A stretch of 64,000 bases of DNA from an uncultured Verrucomicrobiae bacterium (GCA_963837955.1 CAWIPH010000002.1:4864001-4928000), one strand, 5' to 3'. Positions 1 to 9,670 are shown, numbered from the stretch's first letter. The notes: generated by a model not told the origin, from the sequence alone. Numbers and translations: made by a program.

Positions 1-59
1 TATTTTACGGATTACTACTCAACTAGACTCGCTGGCCTCTCGTTTGTGCCCGCGGCGGC

Positions 60-647
60 ATGGAAGATCCCAACTCGCTTGATGACGAAGCCCTTGTTCG
101 CCGCACGCAGAGCGGCGACACACTGGCGTTCGATGTTCTTTGGCAAAAATACAGCTCGAGGATCTATTCGCTGATCTACAACATGACCTCGAACCACGAG
201 GACGCGAACGATCTACTGCTTGAGGTGTTTGCCAAGGCTTACCGGTCGATCAGCGGTTTTCGAGGAAGATCGAGTTTCTATACCTGGATCCACGCGATCG
301 CAGTGAACATGACGATTAATTTCGTTAAAAAGCGTGGCCGCCGGTTCCAAATGAGCTTAGATGACATCGACTCCAGTGTTCACAATGACAAGGAATTCAT
401 CGAACTTACTGCAGCGAACACGCCGATCCGCGAAGTTGATCTGGCAGAACTGCAACAGAGATTGAACGAAGCGATGATGAAGCTGTCTCTAGAGCATAGG
501 ACCGTTGTAACGATGTTCGACATCCAGGGGATGCCGCACGCGGAGATCGCCAGGATCTTGGGTGTACCAGAGGCTACAGTTCGATCCAGGTTGTTCTACG
601 CACATCGACAGTTGCAGAATTACCTCGAAGAGTTTAGAAAGAAATGA
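60..647 (+). CDS. ECF RNA polymerase sigma factor (RpoE/SigW-like)
   Basis: Region 2 (DANDLLLEVF...FRGRSSFYTWIHAIAVN) and region 4 HTH (EIARILGVPEATVRSRLFYAHRQL). Confidence 0.93.
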   Translation: MEDPNSLDDEALVRRTQSGDTLAFDVLWQKYSSRIYSLIYNMTSNHEDANDLLLEVFAKAYRSISGFRGRSSFYTWIHAIAVNMTINFVKKRGRRFQMSLDDIDSSVHNDKEFIELTAANTPIREVDLAELQQRLNEAMMKLSLEHRTVVTMFDIQGMPHAEIARILGVPEATVRSRLFYAHRQLQNYLEEFRKK

Positions 648-1120
648 TGCTCGACGAAAAGCAGGTACAACAGCTTCTCAAACTAAAGCGATTCGAGCAA
701 CCGCCCCCCGGCTATTTTGATAGAGCGCTCGAAGAATTTCATAGCCGGCAACGCGCCGAAATCCTGCGCCGGTCGCCGCTCCAAATTTGGTTCGAAAGAT
801 TATCATCGAGCTTCGGAAATTTTCGCGTGCCAGCGTCAGCCTATGCCGGCGCGTTTGGCGTCTTTGCAGTGATAGCGACTCTTTTGGGCACCGGCTTATG
901 GACACCGGAAGCTCCAAATCGGAGTTTGACGAGCGGGCTGGCTCAGTCAGAAATCACCGACTCCGGCCTCAGATTTACCTCCCGTGGTGAGATCAAACTC
1001 TCCGGACCCGAAACGAAATTCCAGAAGTTCTTCCCGACGATTCAGCCCTCGGATGCGAGTCGGCCCCGCTATATTCTTGATCGACAGCCTGTGAGCTACC
1101 AACCGCCGGCCAGCTTTTAA
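644..1120 (+). CDS. Putative single-TM anti-sigma factor
   Basis: ATGA overlap with the sigma stop codon; one central hydrophobic helix (AYAGAFGVFAVIATLLG); typical position after an ECF gene. Confidence 0.6.
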   Translation: MMLDEKQVQQLLKLKRFEQPPPGYFDRALEEFHSRQRAEILRRSPLQIWFERLSSSFGNFRVPASAYAGAFGVFAVIATLLGTGLWTPEAPNRSLTSGLAQSEITDSGLRFTSRGEIKLSGPETKFQKFFPTIQPSDASRPRYILDRQPVSYQPPASF

Positions 1121-1174
1121 TTAGTTATTGGCCCGCACGGCAAATGTGTCGGATTCTGGCCTCCCACCAGCTCG

Positions 1175-2278
1175 ATGCTGAAACAGTCGCTAGCCGTTTT
1201 GTCTTTCCAAAAAATGTCGGCTGAAGGGGCGGAACTTGCCTCCCCGAAGATTCGTACCGCGTGGGTACCGGTTTTTCTCGTGCTCACGCTCACCGGGCTG
1301 TGGACTTCGTCCCAGGTCACCTCCGCAGAAGAAACTTTCGCAGCCATCGCAGCAGATGTGCAGAAGGTCTTTGAATCGGCGAAAGGAGCTGTGGTTCGTA
1401 TCGAGTCCGAGGATCAACACGGGAGATTGGCCGGGACGGGATTTGTCGTTGACCCGGCGGGGATCATCTATACGGCGTATTCGGTGGCCGGAGAGTCACA
1501 CGACATTATCGTCGAGCTGGGATCAAGTCGTTACCCGGCGGAGAGATTGGCCGCAGATTCTCGAAGCGGGGTCGCTATCCTCAAGATCCACGCGGAAACA
1601 CCTTGGCTTCCACTGGGTGATTCTGACCATCTCGCTGTCGCATCTCCGATCGTGACGATTGGTTATCCTCAGGGTTTGCCGCTTACACCAAATTTCGGAA
1701 TCGTTGGCGGCCTTGACGAAGGCGATCTAAAGCAATTCTTCGCAACTACTCTCATCCGAGCGAACATACCGCCGCAAAAAGGTGAAGGCGGAGCCCCGCT
1801 TCTCAATTTGGAGGGCCAGGTCGTGGGCATTCTGATCAGCAGTGTGGACAACAAAACTGCCTGCTACGCACTGCCGATTAAAGCCGCGGAAAAGGTTCGG
1901 GCCGATTATGTCCGTTTTGGTGATGTCCGACCCGGCTGGGTTGGGGTCAACATCGAGGATGGAGATAAGGAGCAGAACCAATCGCGCGTAGTGATCACGG
2001 GTTTTGCTGATAATTCGCCCGCCACGGAATCAGGTCTCCAGCCCGGCGATATTCTCATGCAAGTTGGATCGGTGAAAGTCCATTCAACAGCAGATGTCCG
2101 AAATGCTTCGTTTTTCCTGTCAGCGGATCAAAAAGTCACTATCTCCGTCGTTCGTGACGGGGAGAATCTCACGTTCGATGTCATTCCGACCCTTCCGCAG
2201 CAGCCCAGATTCCCGGTATTTGCACCAGGGTACCTCCTAAACGGAGATAATGCCCTCAGACTGAAACTGGAAAATTAA
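1175..2278 (+). CDS. HtrA/DegS-like trypsin-fold + PDZ protein, catalytic triad apparently lost
   Basis: N-terminal hydrophobic segment, GTGFVVD, IGYP, GGAPLLNLEGQVVGI, PDZ (SPA..GLQPGDI); true start may be ATG 1214. Confidence 0.85.
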   Translation: MLKQSLAVLSFQKMSAEGAELASPKIRTAWVPVFLVLTLTGLWTSSQVTSAEETFAAIAADVQKVFESAKGAVVRIESEDQHGRLAGTGFVVDPAGIIYTAYSVAGESHDIIVELGSSRYPAERLAADSRSGVAILKIHAETPWLPLGDSDHLAVASPIVTIGYPQGLPLTPNFGIVGGLDEGDLKQFFATTLIRANIPPQKGEGGAPLLNLEGQVVGILISSVDNKTACYALPIKAAEKVRADYVRFGDVRPGWVGVNIEDGDKEQNQSRVVITGFADNSPATESGLQPGDILMQVGSVKVHSTADVRNASFFLSADQKVTISVVRDGENLTFDVIPTLPQQPRFPVFAPGYLLNGDNALRLKLEN

Positions 2279-2435
2279 GTCGGCATCCAGGGCTCAGGAG
2301 TCAACGTCAGACGCCCTTCTGCCTCGATTTTTTCTTGTGTCCCAACGCGATCTTCGGCATTAGGTAAGCCGCGTCCGAGGAAGCGGTTTTCGTTGGCTTT
2401 CTCCCCGCGGCGGCATAAGGTTGGCGGTTCATCAA

Positions 2436-2723
2436 ATGTCTAAGGTCGACTCGCAGATTACTGAATTGTCATTTGAAGCAGCAATGGAAAGGCTCGAACT
2501 GATCGTCGGACAAATGGAGTCATCCAAGCTGCCTCTCGAAGAGCTGCTGGCAAGATATGAAGAAGGTACCAAGCTGATCGCAGTCTGCAATCAACGGCTA
2601 GAAGCAGCGGAAAACCGTGTAGAGACGCTAGCTCGTGATGCTGTATCTAAGTCTCAGGGGTCTTCTATAGAACGGCCCAAGGATCTCAAAAAATCTCCCA
2701 ATGATGAAATCAGCCTCTTTTGA
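2436..2723 (+). CDS. xseB: Exodeoxyribonuclease VII small subunit
   Basis: SFEAAMERLELIV...LPLEE...YEEG motif; ATG at 2436. Confidence 0.92.
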   Translation: MSKVDSQITELSFEAAMERLELIVGQMESSKLPLEELLARYEEGTKLIAVCNQRLEAAENRVETLARDAVSKSQGSSIERPKDLKKSPNDEISLF

Positions 2724-4629
2724 TACATCCCGAGCACGCCTGCTCGATCGGATCGAGTCTCCAACCGACTTAAAGCGGCTGGAGGAAAACCAACTGCCGC
2801 AGCTTGCCCAAGAAATCCGAGACGAGTTGATCTCGGTTCTGTCGAAGACAGGAGGCCATTTAGGACCAAACCTTGGGGTAGTCGAGCTTACCATGGCGTT
2901 GCACCGCGTTTTTGACACGCCAGAGGATAAGCTTCTCTTCGATGTCAGCCACCAAGGCTACGTCCACAAGCTCTTAACCGGAAGGTTGGATCGTTTTAGC
3001 ACCATTAGACAGTATCAAGGATTGAATGGCTTCTTGCTGCGGTCAGAGAGTGGGCACGATTGTTATGGAGCCGGACACGCCGGAACCGCCCTATCGGCAG
3101 GCTTAGGGATGGCTGTTGCCCGGGATCGACGCGGAGGCAAGGAAAACGTCGTAGTGGTGGCTGGAGACGCGGCCTTCACTTGCGGTACCAGCTACGAAGC
3201 GCTCAATAATGTCTCGCACAATACAAAGCGTTTTATCGTTGTTTTGAATGACAACGAATGGTCGATCGCCAAGAATGTTGGAGCGATCGCAAACTATTTG
3301 AACCGGATCGTTACGAACGATGCTTATAGCCATTTGCACGAAAAGGCAGCCAAGTTTGTGGAAATGATCGGGGGCAAGTTCGTCACGCAGCTGGCACACA
3401 AGGTTGAAGAAGGGGTAAAGCATCTTCTCCTGCCAAGCGTCATTTTTGAAGACCTGGGCCTGCACTACTACGGACCGATCGACGGACACGATATTCCTTT
3501 GCTAATTCGTACATTCGAATTCTTGAAGCGCCAGCCGGAGCCGGTGCTGCTCCACATCATCACGCAGAAAGGAAAAGGGTATGCTCCGGCGCTAGCTAAA
3601 CCGGACAAGTTTCACGGGCTTGGAAAATTTACTCTGGAAACCGGTGAAACCGCGAAAGCAACGACTCCGACCTATTCCGAACTTTTGGGCCAGACTTTGA
3701 CTAAGTTTGCCGACAACAATAAGAAAATCATGGCCATTACGGCGGCCATGCCGTCCGGTACCGGTCTGTTTCACTTCGCGGCCAACCATCCGGATCAATA
3801 TTTTGATGTCGGCATCGCCGAGGAGCACGCTGCGCTTTTCGCCTGTGGGCTGGCGACGCAAGGTTTTAAGCCGTTCCTCACCATCTACTCGACCTTCATG
3901 CAGCGCGCCTACGACATGCTTATTCACGATATCGCGCTACAGAATCTGAACGTCGCGCTGTGTATGGATCGCGCGGGATTATCAGGCGATGATGGGCCGA
4001 CTCATCACGGCCTATTCGATATCGGCTATCTGCGCCCGGTCCCGGGGATTGTGCATATGCAGCCCAAGGATGAGGAAGAATTTGTCGATATGCTTTGGAC
4101 CATGGTGAACTACAATCAGGGGCCGATTGCCATTCGCTATCCTCGAGGCGCCGGCACGGGGGCGCAGCCGAAAGCTCAACCCAAGTTGCTGGAGATTGGC
4201 AAAGCCGAAGTGGTGCGTCACGGTCAGGATGTTGCGCTTTTCGGGCTTGGAAACATGTTCGCTCTAGCCGAAGCGACCGCGAAACGGTTGGAAGAACAAG
4301 GCTTCTCGGTTGCGTTGATCAATCCGAGATGGATTAAGCCTCTGGACACCGGTACCCTCGAATTCTTCGCGCGGAGAGTTGAGGTCATCTGTACCTTTGA
4401 AGATCACGTATTGCACAACGGGTTCGGCTGCGCCGTCATGGAGCAGCTCGCCGAAAGTCAGATCGCAACACCTATTGTCCGAATTGGCTGGCCCGATCAA
4501 TTTATTGAACATGGCTCTATTCCGGTACTCCGAGAGAAGCACGGCCTTACGGTAGACGCTGCGGTCGAAAAGATTCGGCCATTTCTGAAGAAAGCGTTGG
4601 GTGGCAAGCAACCTCGTTCTGCCGCATAA
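2701..4629 (+). CDS. dxs: 1-deoxy-D-xylulose-5-phosphate synthase
   Basis: GGHLGPNLGVVELT, DVSHQ.Y.HK, GD..NDN TPP motif, DRAG..G.DGPTHHG. Confidence 0.97.
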   Translation: MMKSASFDTSRARLLDRIESPTDLKRLEENQLPQLAQEIRDELISVLSKTGGHLGPNLGVVELTMALHRVFDTPEDKLLFDVSHQGYVHKLLTGRLDRFSTIRQYQGLNGFLLRSESGHDCYGAGHAGTALSAGLGMAVARDRRGGKENVVVVAGDAAFTCGTSYEALNNVSHNTKRFIVVLNDNEWSIAKNVGAIANYLNRIVTNDAYSHLHEKAAKFVEMIGGKFVTQLAHKVEEGVKHLLLPSVIFEDLGLHYYGPIDGHDIPLLIRTFEFLKRQPEPVLLHIITQKGKGYAPALAKPDKFHGLGKFTLETGETAKATTPTYSELLGQTLTKFADNNKKIMAITAAMPSGTGLFHFAANHPDQYFDVGIAEEHAALFACGLATQGFKPFLTIYSTFMQRAYDMLIHDIALQNLNVALCMDRAGLSGDDGPTHHGLFDIGYLRPVPGIVHMQPKDEEEFVDMLWTMVNYNQGPIAIRYPRGAGTGAQPKAQPKLLEIGKAEVVRHGQDVALFGLGNMFALAEATAKRLEEQGFSVALINPRWIKPLDTGTLEFFARRVEVICTFEDHVLHNGFGCAVMEQLAESQIATPIVRIGWPDQFIEHGSIPVLREKHGLTVDAAVEKIRPFLKKALGGKQPRSAA

Positions 4630-4724
4630 GGGCTAGGCGGCGATTCACGGCTTCGTGTTGAAAACAGGCAAGTAATCGGCGACAGCAATCTGTCGGTATT
4701 TCTCAAGATGAGCGCTTGTCTGTT

Positions 4725-5741
4725 ATGGCTCCTACGATCGTTGCTCGGCAATTGACCAAGGTCTTTCGGACCTACAACAAGAAGGAAGGGTTCCTTGGCG
4801 CCCTAAAGGGCCTGGTTAATCGGGACTACCGGGCCACGTACGCGGCCAATCAGGTGTCGTTTTCCATTTCCGAGGGAGAACTTGTTGGTTTTCTGGGACC
4901 GAACGGCGCCGGCAAAACGACAGTACTGAAGATGCTGTCCGGTTTGCTTGTTCCGACATCCGGGTCGGCTTCCGTTTTGGGCTTTACTCCTTGGGAGCGG
5001 AAAACGGAGTTTAAGCGCCAGTTCAGCTTGGTATTAGGGCAAAAGAACTCGCTCTGGTGGGATCTTCCGGCCAATGAATCGCTAGAATTGAATCGCGTGA
5101 TCTATGAGATCTCTCCGACTGTATTTCGGCGGATCGTCGATGAGCTCATCGATCTCCTGGATGTACGCGACAAACTGAATGTGATGGTGCGAGAGCTGAG
5201 CCTCGGCGAACGAATGAAGCTGGAATTAATCGCAGCATTGATCCATCAGCCGAAAGTCTTGTTCTTGGACGAACCGACGATCGGTCTCGATGTGATCAGC
5301 CAAAAGAACGTGCGCGATTTTCTCCTCCATTACAACGAGCAGGGACGCGTTTCTACGGTTCTGACCAGCCATTATATGCAAGACATCGAGAAGCTCTGTC
5401 GCCGAGTCATTATCATCGACCACGGCAAAGTATTCTTTGATGGCGAATTTGCGGACATCACTGAAAGATTCGCTCGACACAAGTTGCTCCGATTTGTCTT
5501 TAATGCGCCAATCCACCGCGTTCCGCAGCTAGGAGACCTGATCGAGCAAACTCCCACGTCGTTAACCTTAAAAGTGGATCGCAGCAAGGTGGCCGAAGTT
5601 TGCCGAGAGCTTTTATCAACTGGAAATGTTCAGGACTTCAGTGCGGAGGACGAACCGCTAGAAGATATCATTCGGCAATTGTTTGAAAGCCACGAAGCAG
5701 GCGAGCCCACGAGCACGACGCATGAGGAAGTCAGATCCTAG
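4725..5741 (+). CDS. ABC transporter ATP-binding protein (ABC-2/NatA-like)
   Basis: Walker A GPNGAGKTT, LSLGERMK signature, LDEPTIGLD, TSH. Confidence 0.9.
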   Translation: MAPTIVARQLTKVFRTYNKKEGFLGALKGLVNRDYRATYAANQVSFSISEGELVGFLGPNGAGKTTVLKMLSGLLVPTSGSASVLGFTPWERKTEFKRQFSLVLGQKNSLWWDLPANESLELNRVIYEISPTVFRRIVDELIDLLDVRDKLNVMVRELSLGERMKLELIAALIHQPKVLFLDEPTIGLDVISQKNVRDFLLHYNEQGRVSTVLTSHYMQDIEKLCRRVIIIDHGKVFFDGEFADITERFARHKLLRFVFNAPIHRVPQLGDLIEQTPTSLTLKVDRSKVAEVCRELLSTGNVQDFSAEDEPLEDIIRQLFESHEAGEPTSTTHEEVRS

Positions 5742-5775
5742 TTAAGATCGGCGTCCGGGAACCCTGCCGACAGAG

Positions 5776-5956
5776 GGGAAGCGCTTCCGACTTCGCCAAT
5801 CGTCAACCGTGCCTCGGACATTTGGGAAGCGGCTTCCGACTTCGCCAACCGTAAGTCATGGTTCGAACATCGGAGGAGGCTTCGTCGGACACGTCGTCGG
5901 ACGCATGCGGCTTCGCGAATCTCGTTGACGGTAGTGATGGCTACGGCGGACAGGCA
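5776..5956. repeat. Degenerate intergenic repeat cluster (REP-like)
   Basis: GGGAAGCG(G)CTTCCGACTTCGCCAA at 5776 and 5824 (~48-bp period), further GGCTTCG/GGCTACG..GGACA units; lies between convergent genes. Confidence 0.6.
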
Positions 5957-5977
5957 AGCCTTGGATGTTTAACGCCG

Positions 5978-6472
5978 CTAGGCCGAGCGACCATTACCGT
6001 GAGCAGCCGCCGAAGGCCCTAACCAGAGTCGCATTGGCACCATGGCGGATCTCTGGAAGCCGTGCTTCTCGAAAAACGAAAGGGAAGATTCGCTGATGCG
6101 ATCGGTCAACAAGGTAACGCGGAGAAAGTTTTTTTGTTTCGCGTAATCGATGGCGTATTTCAACAGTTCGCTGCCGAGACCCTGATCGCGAAAATTTTTG
6201 TCAATGATAAGATCTTCCAGGAGAATAACGAAACCGCCTTCTGCGGTGCTGATAGTAAATAGCAAATTGATCATGCCAATGATCTGGCTGGCGCTCCGCA
6301 AGACAAAGACCCGGCCACGGCTTGGTTGCTCGATCAACAAACGCAATCCGCGCATTTGGTTATTATAGTCCGGACGGAAATCTGACTCCTGGGCAAACAG
6401 ATCCATGAGTAGCTCTGTCAGCGAAGGTAGATCCTCGATCGTGGCGGGTTCTATGCGTGTCAATCCCAGCAT
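5978..6472 (-). CDS. GNAT-family acetyltransferase
   Basis: LEDLIID..FRDQGLGSELL acetyl-CoA motif A; FFEKHGF. Confidence 0.88.
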   Translation of the reverse strand: MLGLTRIEPATIEDLPSLTELLMDLFAQESDFRPDYNNQMRGLRLLIEQPSRGRVFVLRSASQIIGMINLLFTISTAEGGFVILLEDLIIDKNFRDQGLGSELLKYAIDYAKQKNFLRVTLLTDRISESSLSFFEKHGFQRSAMVPMRLWLGPSAAAHGNGRSA

Positions 6473-6649
6473 GCCATGAATAACATGCCAAAAGCGGACG
6501 ATTTCTAAAAGTGGAAATCTGCGTTTGGAGCGAATTCCTTAGTTTGCCAACCTATAGGCACCAGCTCGCTCACCTGGAATCAAACAGCAGTTGTGCAAAT
6601 TACCGCGTTGGACGAACATCTGCGGCACAGCCGACCCAATTGTCCTGCG

Positions 6650-7282
6650 ATGATCTGGATCCTAATTGTAATCATTAGCTATTTGTTAGGCTCGATTCCT
6701 AGTGGTTACCTAGTAGCTAAGTCTCAGGGAATAGACATTCGCCAGCACGGCAGCAAAAACATCGGGGCAACGAATGTACTCCGGGTAATGGGCAAGAAAT
6801 GGGGTTACCTGGTTTTTTTCTGTGATGCGCTGAAGGGTTTTTTAGCGGTCCGGCTTGGCATGTTTCTAGGTGGCATGGGGGGTATCGAATCATCACTGGC
6901 CGGGGTCGTGGCTGCGATAGCCTGCATTCTTGGGCACAACTACACTTTTTGGCTCGGCTTCAAGGGCGGCAAGGGAATAGCAACTTCTGGCGGTGTCATA
7001 GTGGCCCTGTTTTCCTGGTATATCGTCCTGATCATCATCCTGGTCTGGCTGGGGGTCTTCTTTCTGAGCAGATACGTCTCGCTTGCCTCCATCTGCGCGG
7101 CCATTGCTTTGCCGTTGAGCCTCGCTCTCCTGGCCCCTTGGGCCGCTGGCAGCAATTCCTGGGTATTGCTTCTGTTCTCAGCGGTGGCTGCCGCTTTGGC
7201 TGTATGGAGACATCGTACAAACATCACGCGCTTGCTGAGCGGCACCGAATCGCGTTTCGGCAAAAAGAAATCCGAATCATGA
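6650..7282 (+). CDS. plsY: Glycerol-3-phosphate acyltransferase PlsY
   Basis: SYLLGSIP, GS.NIGATN..R, FKGGKGIAT, RH..NI.RL..GTE. Confidence 0.96.
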   Translation: MIWILIVIISYLLGSIPSGYLVAKSQGIDIRQHGSKNIGATNVLRVMGKKWGYLVFFCDALKGFLAVRLGMFLGGMGGIESSLAGVVAAIACILGHNYTFWLGFKGGKGIATSGGVIVALFSWYIVLIIILVWLGVFFLSRYVSLASICAAIALPLSLALLAPWAAGSNSWVLLLFSAVAAALAVWRHRTNITRLLSGTESRFGKKKSES

Positions 7283-7544
7283 ATCATCGCTTACCGGGTT
7301 TGAGGGAAATCGAAGACTCGGCCCAATCCAATCTGCTTCACTGTTTGGCCTAGGCGACACCTCGAAGGGCGCAATGGTCACCAGGTCTCTGGCTGAGTTG
7401 ATTCGGATCGGCACGGCCCTGGGAGGGATACTTTATGAGTCGGTGCCGCCGGCGGAGGCTATGCAACGTCTCCTCACCCGAGACTTGCGGCCCGAGGAGG
7501 ACGATTCCGGTATTCAACGCACTGTCCAGTCAGAGGGTCGATGA
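7279..7544 (+). pseudogene. gpsA: Collapsed remnant of NAD(P)H glycerol-3-phosphate dehydrogenase
   Basis: ATGA overlap with plsY stop; frame from 7347 reads GLGDTSKGAMVTRSLAELIRIGTALGG joined to ILYESVPPAEAMQRLLTRDLRPE, resembling two non-adjacent GpsA segments. Confidence 0.7.
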
Positions 7545-8170
7545 TCCGACCGAATCGCGAAGCGGATCAGCCGGGTGAGCCGATCAGCCAAAAGCCGGGT
7601 CAGGCGAAGCATTCGAAGCGCGAAATGGCCAGCCGCAATCATATCGTTTGGGCTGCGCAGCTTTCCACCGATGAAAACGGCAGGAATAACCTCGTCCTGG
7701 CCATCAGAAATCATTCTGGCTGTAACAAGCGGAATCCCGTGGCGGTCGCACACCGCCGCGATCGACTCCGATTCCATGTCAACGGCGACATTGGTACTCC
7801 CCAGTTTTTTCTTCTCAGTTGGACCGGTGACCTGATCGACCGAACGAAAAGTACCGCGGGCATCGATCACGCTACCGATAGGTAATTCGAGCTGAGCTGT
7901 TGTATAGTTAGAAGCCAGCAAAAAATCTCCCGGCTCCAATAGAGTCCGCGTTGCCCCTGCGAATCCCGAATTAATAACCAGTGAGGGCCGGAGTTTCTGG
8001 ATCGTCTCCTCGAAACTGGCAAGAGCGCTTGCCCGAATACCAACAAAACAAACTGCAACTCTGGCGCCGCAAATCGTTCCTTCCAGGAATGTTTCGCGCT
8101 TAGTTTTCTGCGCCAAACGTCTTTCGAAAATACGAGCCTCGGCCTGAAGCGCAAAAACAACCAGCAACAT
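7514..8170 (-). CDS. Nucleoside phosphorylase/MTA-SAH nucleosidase-fold protein (HpnG-like)
   Basis: SGFAGA, VDMES, R.ISD motifs. Confidence 0.75.
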   Translation of the reverse strand: MLLVVFALQAEARIFERRLAQKTKRETFLEGTICGARVAVCFVGIRASALASFEETIQKLRPSLVINSGFAGATRTLLEPGDFLLASNYTTAQLELPIGSVIDARGTFRSVDQVTGPTEKKKLGSTNVAVDMESESIAAVCDRHGIPLVTARMISDGQDEVIPAVFIGGKLRSPNDMIAAGHFALRMLRLTRLLADRLTRLIRFAIRSDHRPSDWTVR

Positions 8171-8173
8171 ATC

Positions 8174-8614
8174 CTATTTGGTAGCGTGTAATTTCACTTC
8201 AACGATTCGAGTTTTGCCGCCTGGATCGGGCGAAGCTTCAGGTACCATCTTCGCCCGATCTTGCACTGCTTCGATAAATTGCTGTACAGCAGTTTCAGGA
8301 ATTTCGACGAGCAAATCTTGGTCAGATCCTCCAGAAAGATGATTCACCACCGCGTTGCCACCGAGCCTGGCAGCGAGATTCTTGATCCGCTCCGCTTCGG
8401 ATTCGAGGTCCTGTTGCTTAATAGTTAGCTCGACCAGGTTCTGAGTGAGCGATGGCGGGCCCATCTCGCCCTCCATCGTGCGGTGTATGCTTTCGTTCAG
8501 TAGAGTCAGGTCCGGCGCTTCTGCTGGTCGATCTCTTTGTTGGGAAAGATAAATGGCCAGGCCCGCCACGCCTAATAAAACTAGGACGATGAGAGAAACA
8601 ATAATCCTACGCAT
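8174..8614 (-). CDS. Hypothetical N-terminally anchored membrane protein
   Basis: 146-aa ORF with N-terminal TM helix; 3-nt gap to the next gene. Confidence 0.7.
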   Translation of the reverse strand: MRRIIVSLIVLVLLGVAGLAIYLSQQRDRPAEAPDLTLLNESIHRTMEGEMGPPSLTQNLVELTIKQQDLESEAERIKNLAARLGGNAVVNHLSGGSDQDLLVEIPETAVQQFIEAVQDRAKMVPEASPDPGGKTRIVEVKLHATK

Positions 8615-8671
8615 TCAGATCTGGGTTCTTGCTTCGGGAACCAAAACGGGTTGAGTGGAAAAGTTTAAACT

Positions 8672-9670
8672 GTGATTGATTTAGGAAAAGGCAAAATCCT
8701 TGTGACCGGTGGTGCCGGATTCATCGGCAGCGCCCTCATCTGGGGGCTTAATCGGCGGTCTCTCGACAATATCTTGGTGTGCGACGAGCTCGCTACGGAC
8801 GAGAAGTGGTGCAATTTGGTCCCGCTTCGGTTCGACGACTATCTGGCGGCTTCCGACTTGCAGGAGCTGGTGCTGGATGACAGCCCCTTTCTTAATGAGG
8901 TTCGCGCCGTCTTCCACTTAGGTGCTTGTTCTGTGACGACCGAAGGGGACCTCGGCTACCTCATGCGCAACAATTACCAGTTTACCCGAGACTTAGCAGA
9001 GTGGGCAGCAAAGCGTCGTTTACGTTTCGTCTATGCCTCCTCGGCGGCCACCTACGGCGATGGCTCTGCTGGAATGGAGGACGATGAGGAACAGCTGAAT
9101 CAGCTTCGTCCACTGAACGGTTACGCATTTTCCAAACACCGTTTCGACGTGTATGCCAAGAAACGTGGATTACTCGATGCCTTGGTCGGCTTGAAATACT
9201 TCAACGTCTTTGGTCCGAATGAGGGCCACAAAAAGGAGATGCGTAGCCTCGTGCGCAAAGCCTTTGAACAGGTGCAGCAGACTGGCAAGATCCAGCTCTT
9301 TAAGAGCTATAGGTCCGAATACGGGCACGGCGAGCAACGCAGGGATTTTCTTTATGTGAAAGATGCGGTGGAGATGACCCTATCTCTGGCGGTCAACCCT
9401 TCGGCTCGAGGATTGTTCAATTTGGGGTCCGGACAAGCCCGAACTTGGAACGAGCTGGCCTCGGCAGTTTTCGCGGCGCTCAAGAAGCCGCCTGAGATCG
9501 AGTTTGTCGAGATGCCGGAAATATTGCGCGGTAAATATCAGTATTTCACCGAAGCAAATATTAAGAAACTCCGTTCTACGGGATACACCGGTCCGGCATT
9601 CAGTCTGGAGCAAGGGATAGCTGATTACGTGCAAAACTACCTACTCACAGGCCGGCCATTGGAGCCATGA
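8672..9670 (+). CDS. hldD: ADP-L-glycero-D-manno-heptose 6-epimerase
   Basis: TGGAGFIGS, HLGACS.TT, YASSAATYG, PLN.Y..SK, YFNVFGPNE.HK..M.S, KYQYFTEA. Confidence 0.93.
   Translation: MIDLGKGKILVTGGAGFIGSALIWGLNRRSLDNILVCDELATDEKWCNLVPLRFDDYLAASDLQELVLDDSPFLNEVRAVFHLGACSVTTEGDLGYLMRNNYQFTRDLAEWAAKRRLRFVYASSAATYGDGSAGMEDDEEQLNQLRPLNGYAFSKHRFDVYAKKRGLLDALVGLKYFNVFGPNEGHKKEMRSLVRKAFEQVQQTGKIQLFKSYRSEYGHGEQRRDFLYVKDAVEMTLSLAVNPSARGLFNLGSGQARTWNELASAVFAALKKPPEIEFVEMPEILRGKYQYFTEANIKKLRSTGYTGPAFSLEQGIADYVQNYLLTGRPLEP

Noticed and set aside
1232..1257. ECF-type promoter GGAACT-N16-CGTA
   Set aside because: It lies inside the likely signal-peptide coding region with no suitable downstream start; a chance match cannot be excluded.
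5776..5870. CRISPR array
   Set aside because: Only two good units, the linkers resemble each other, and no cas genes are in the window.
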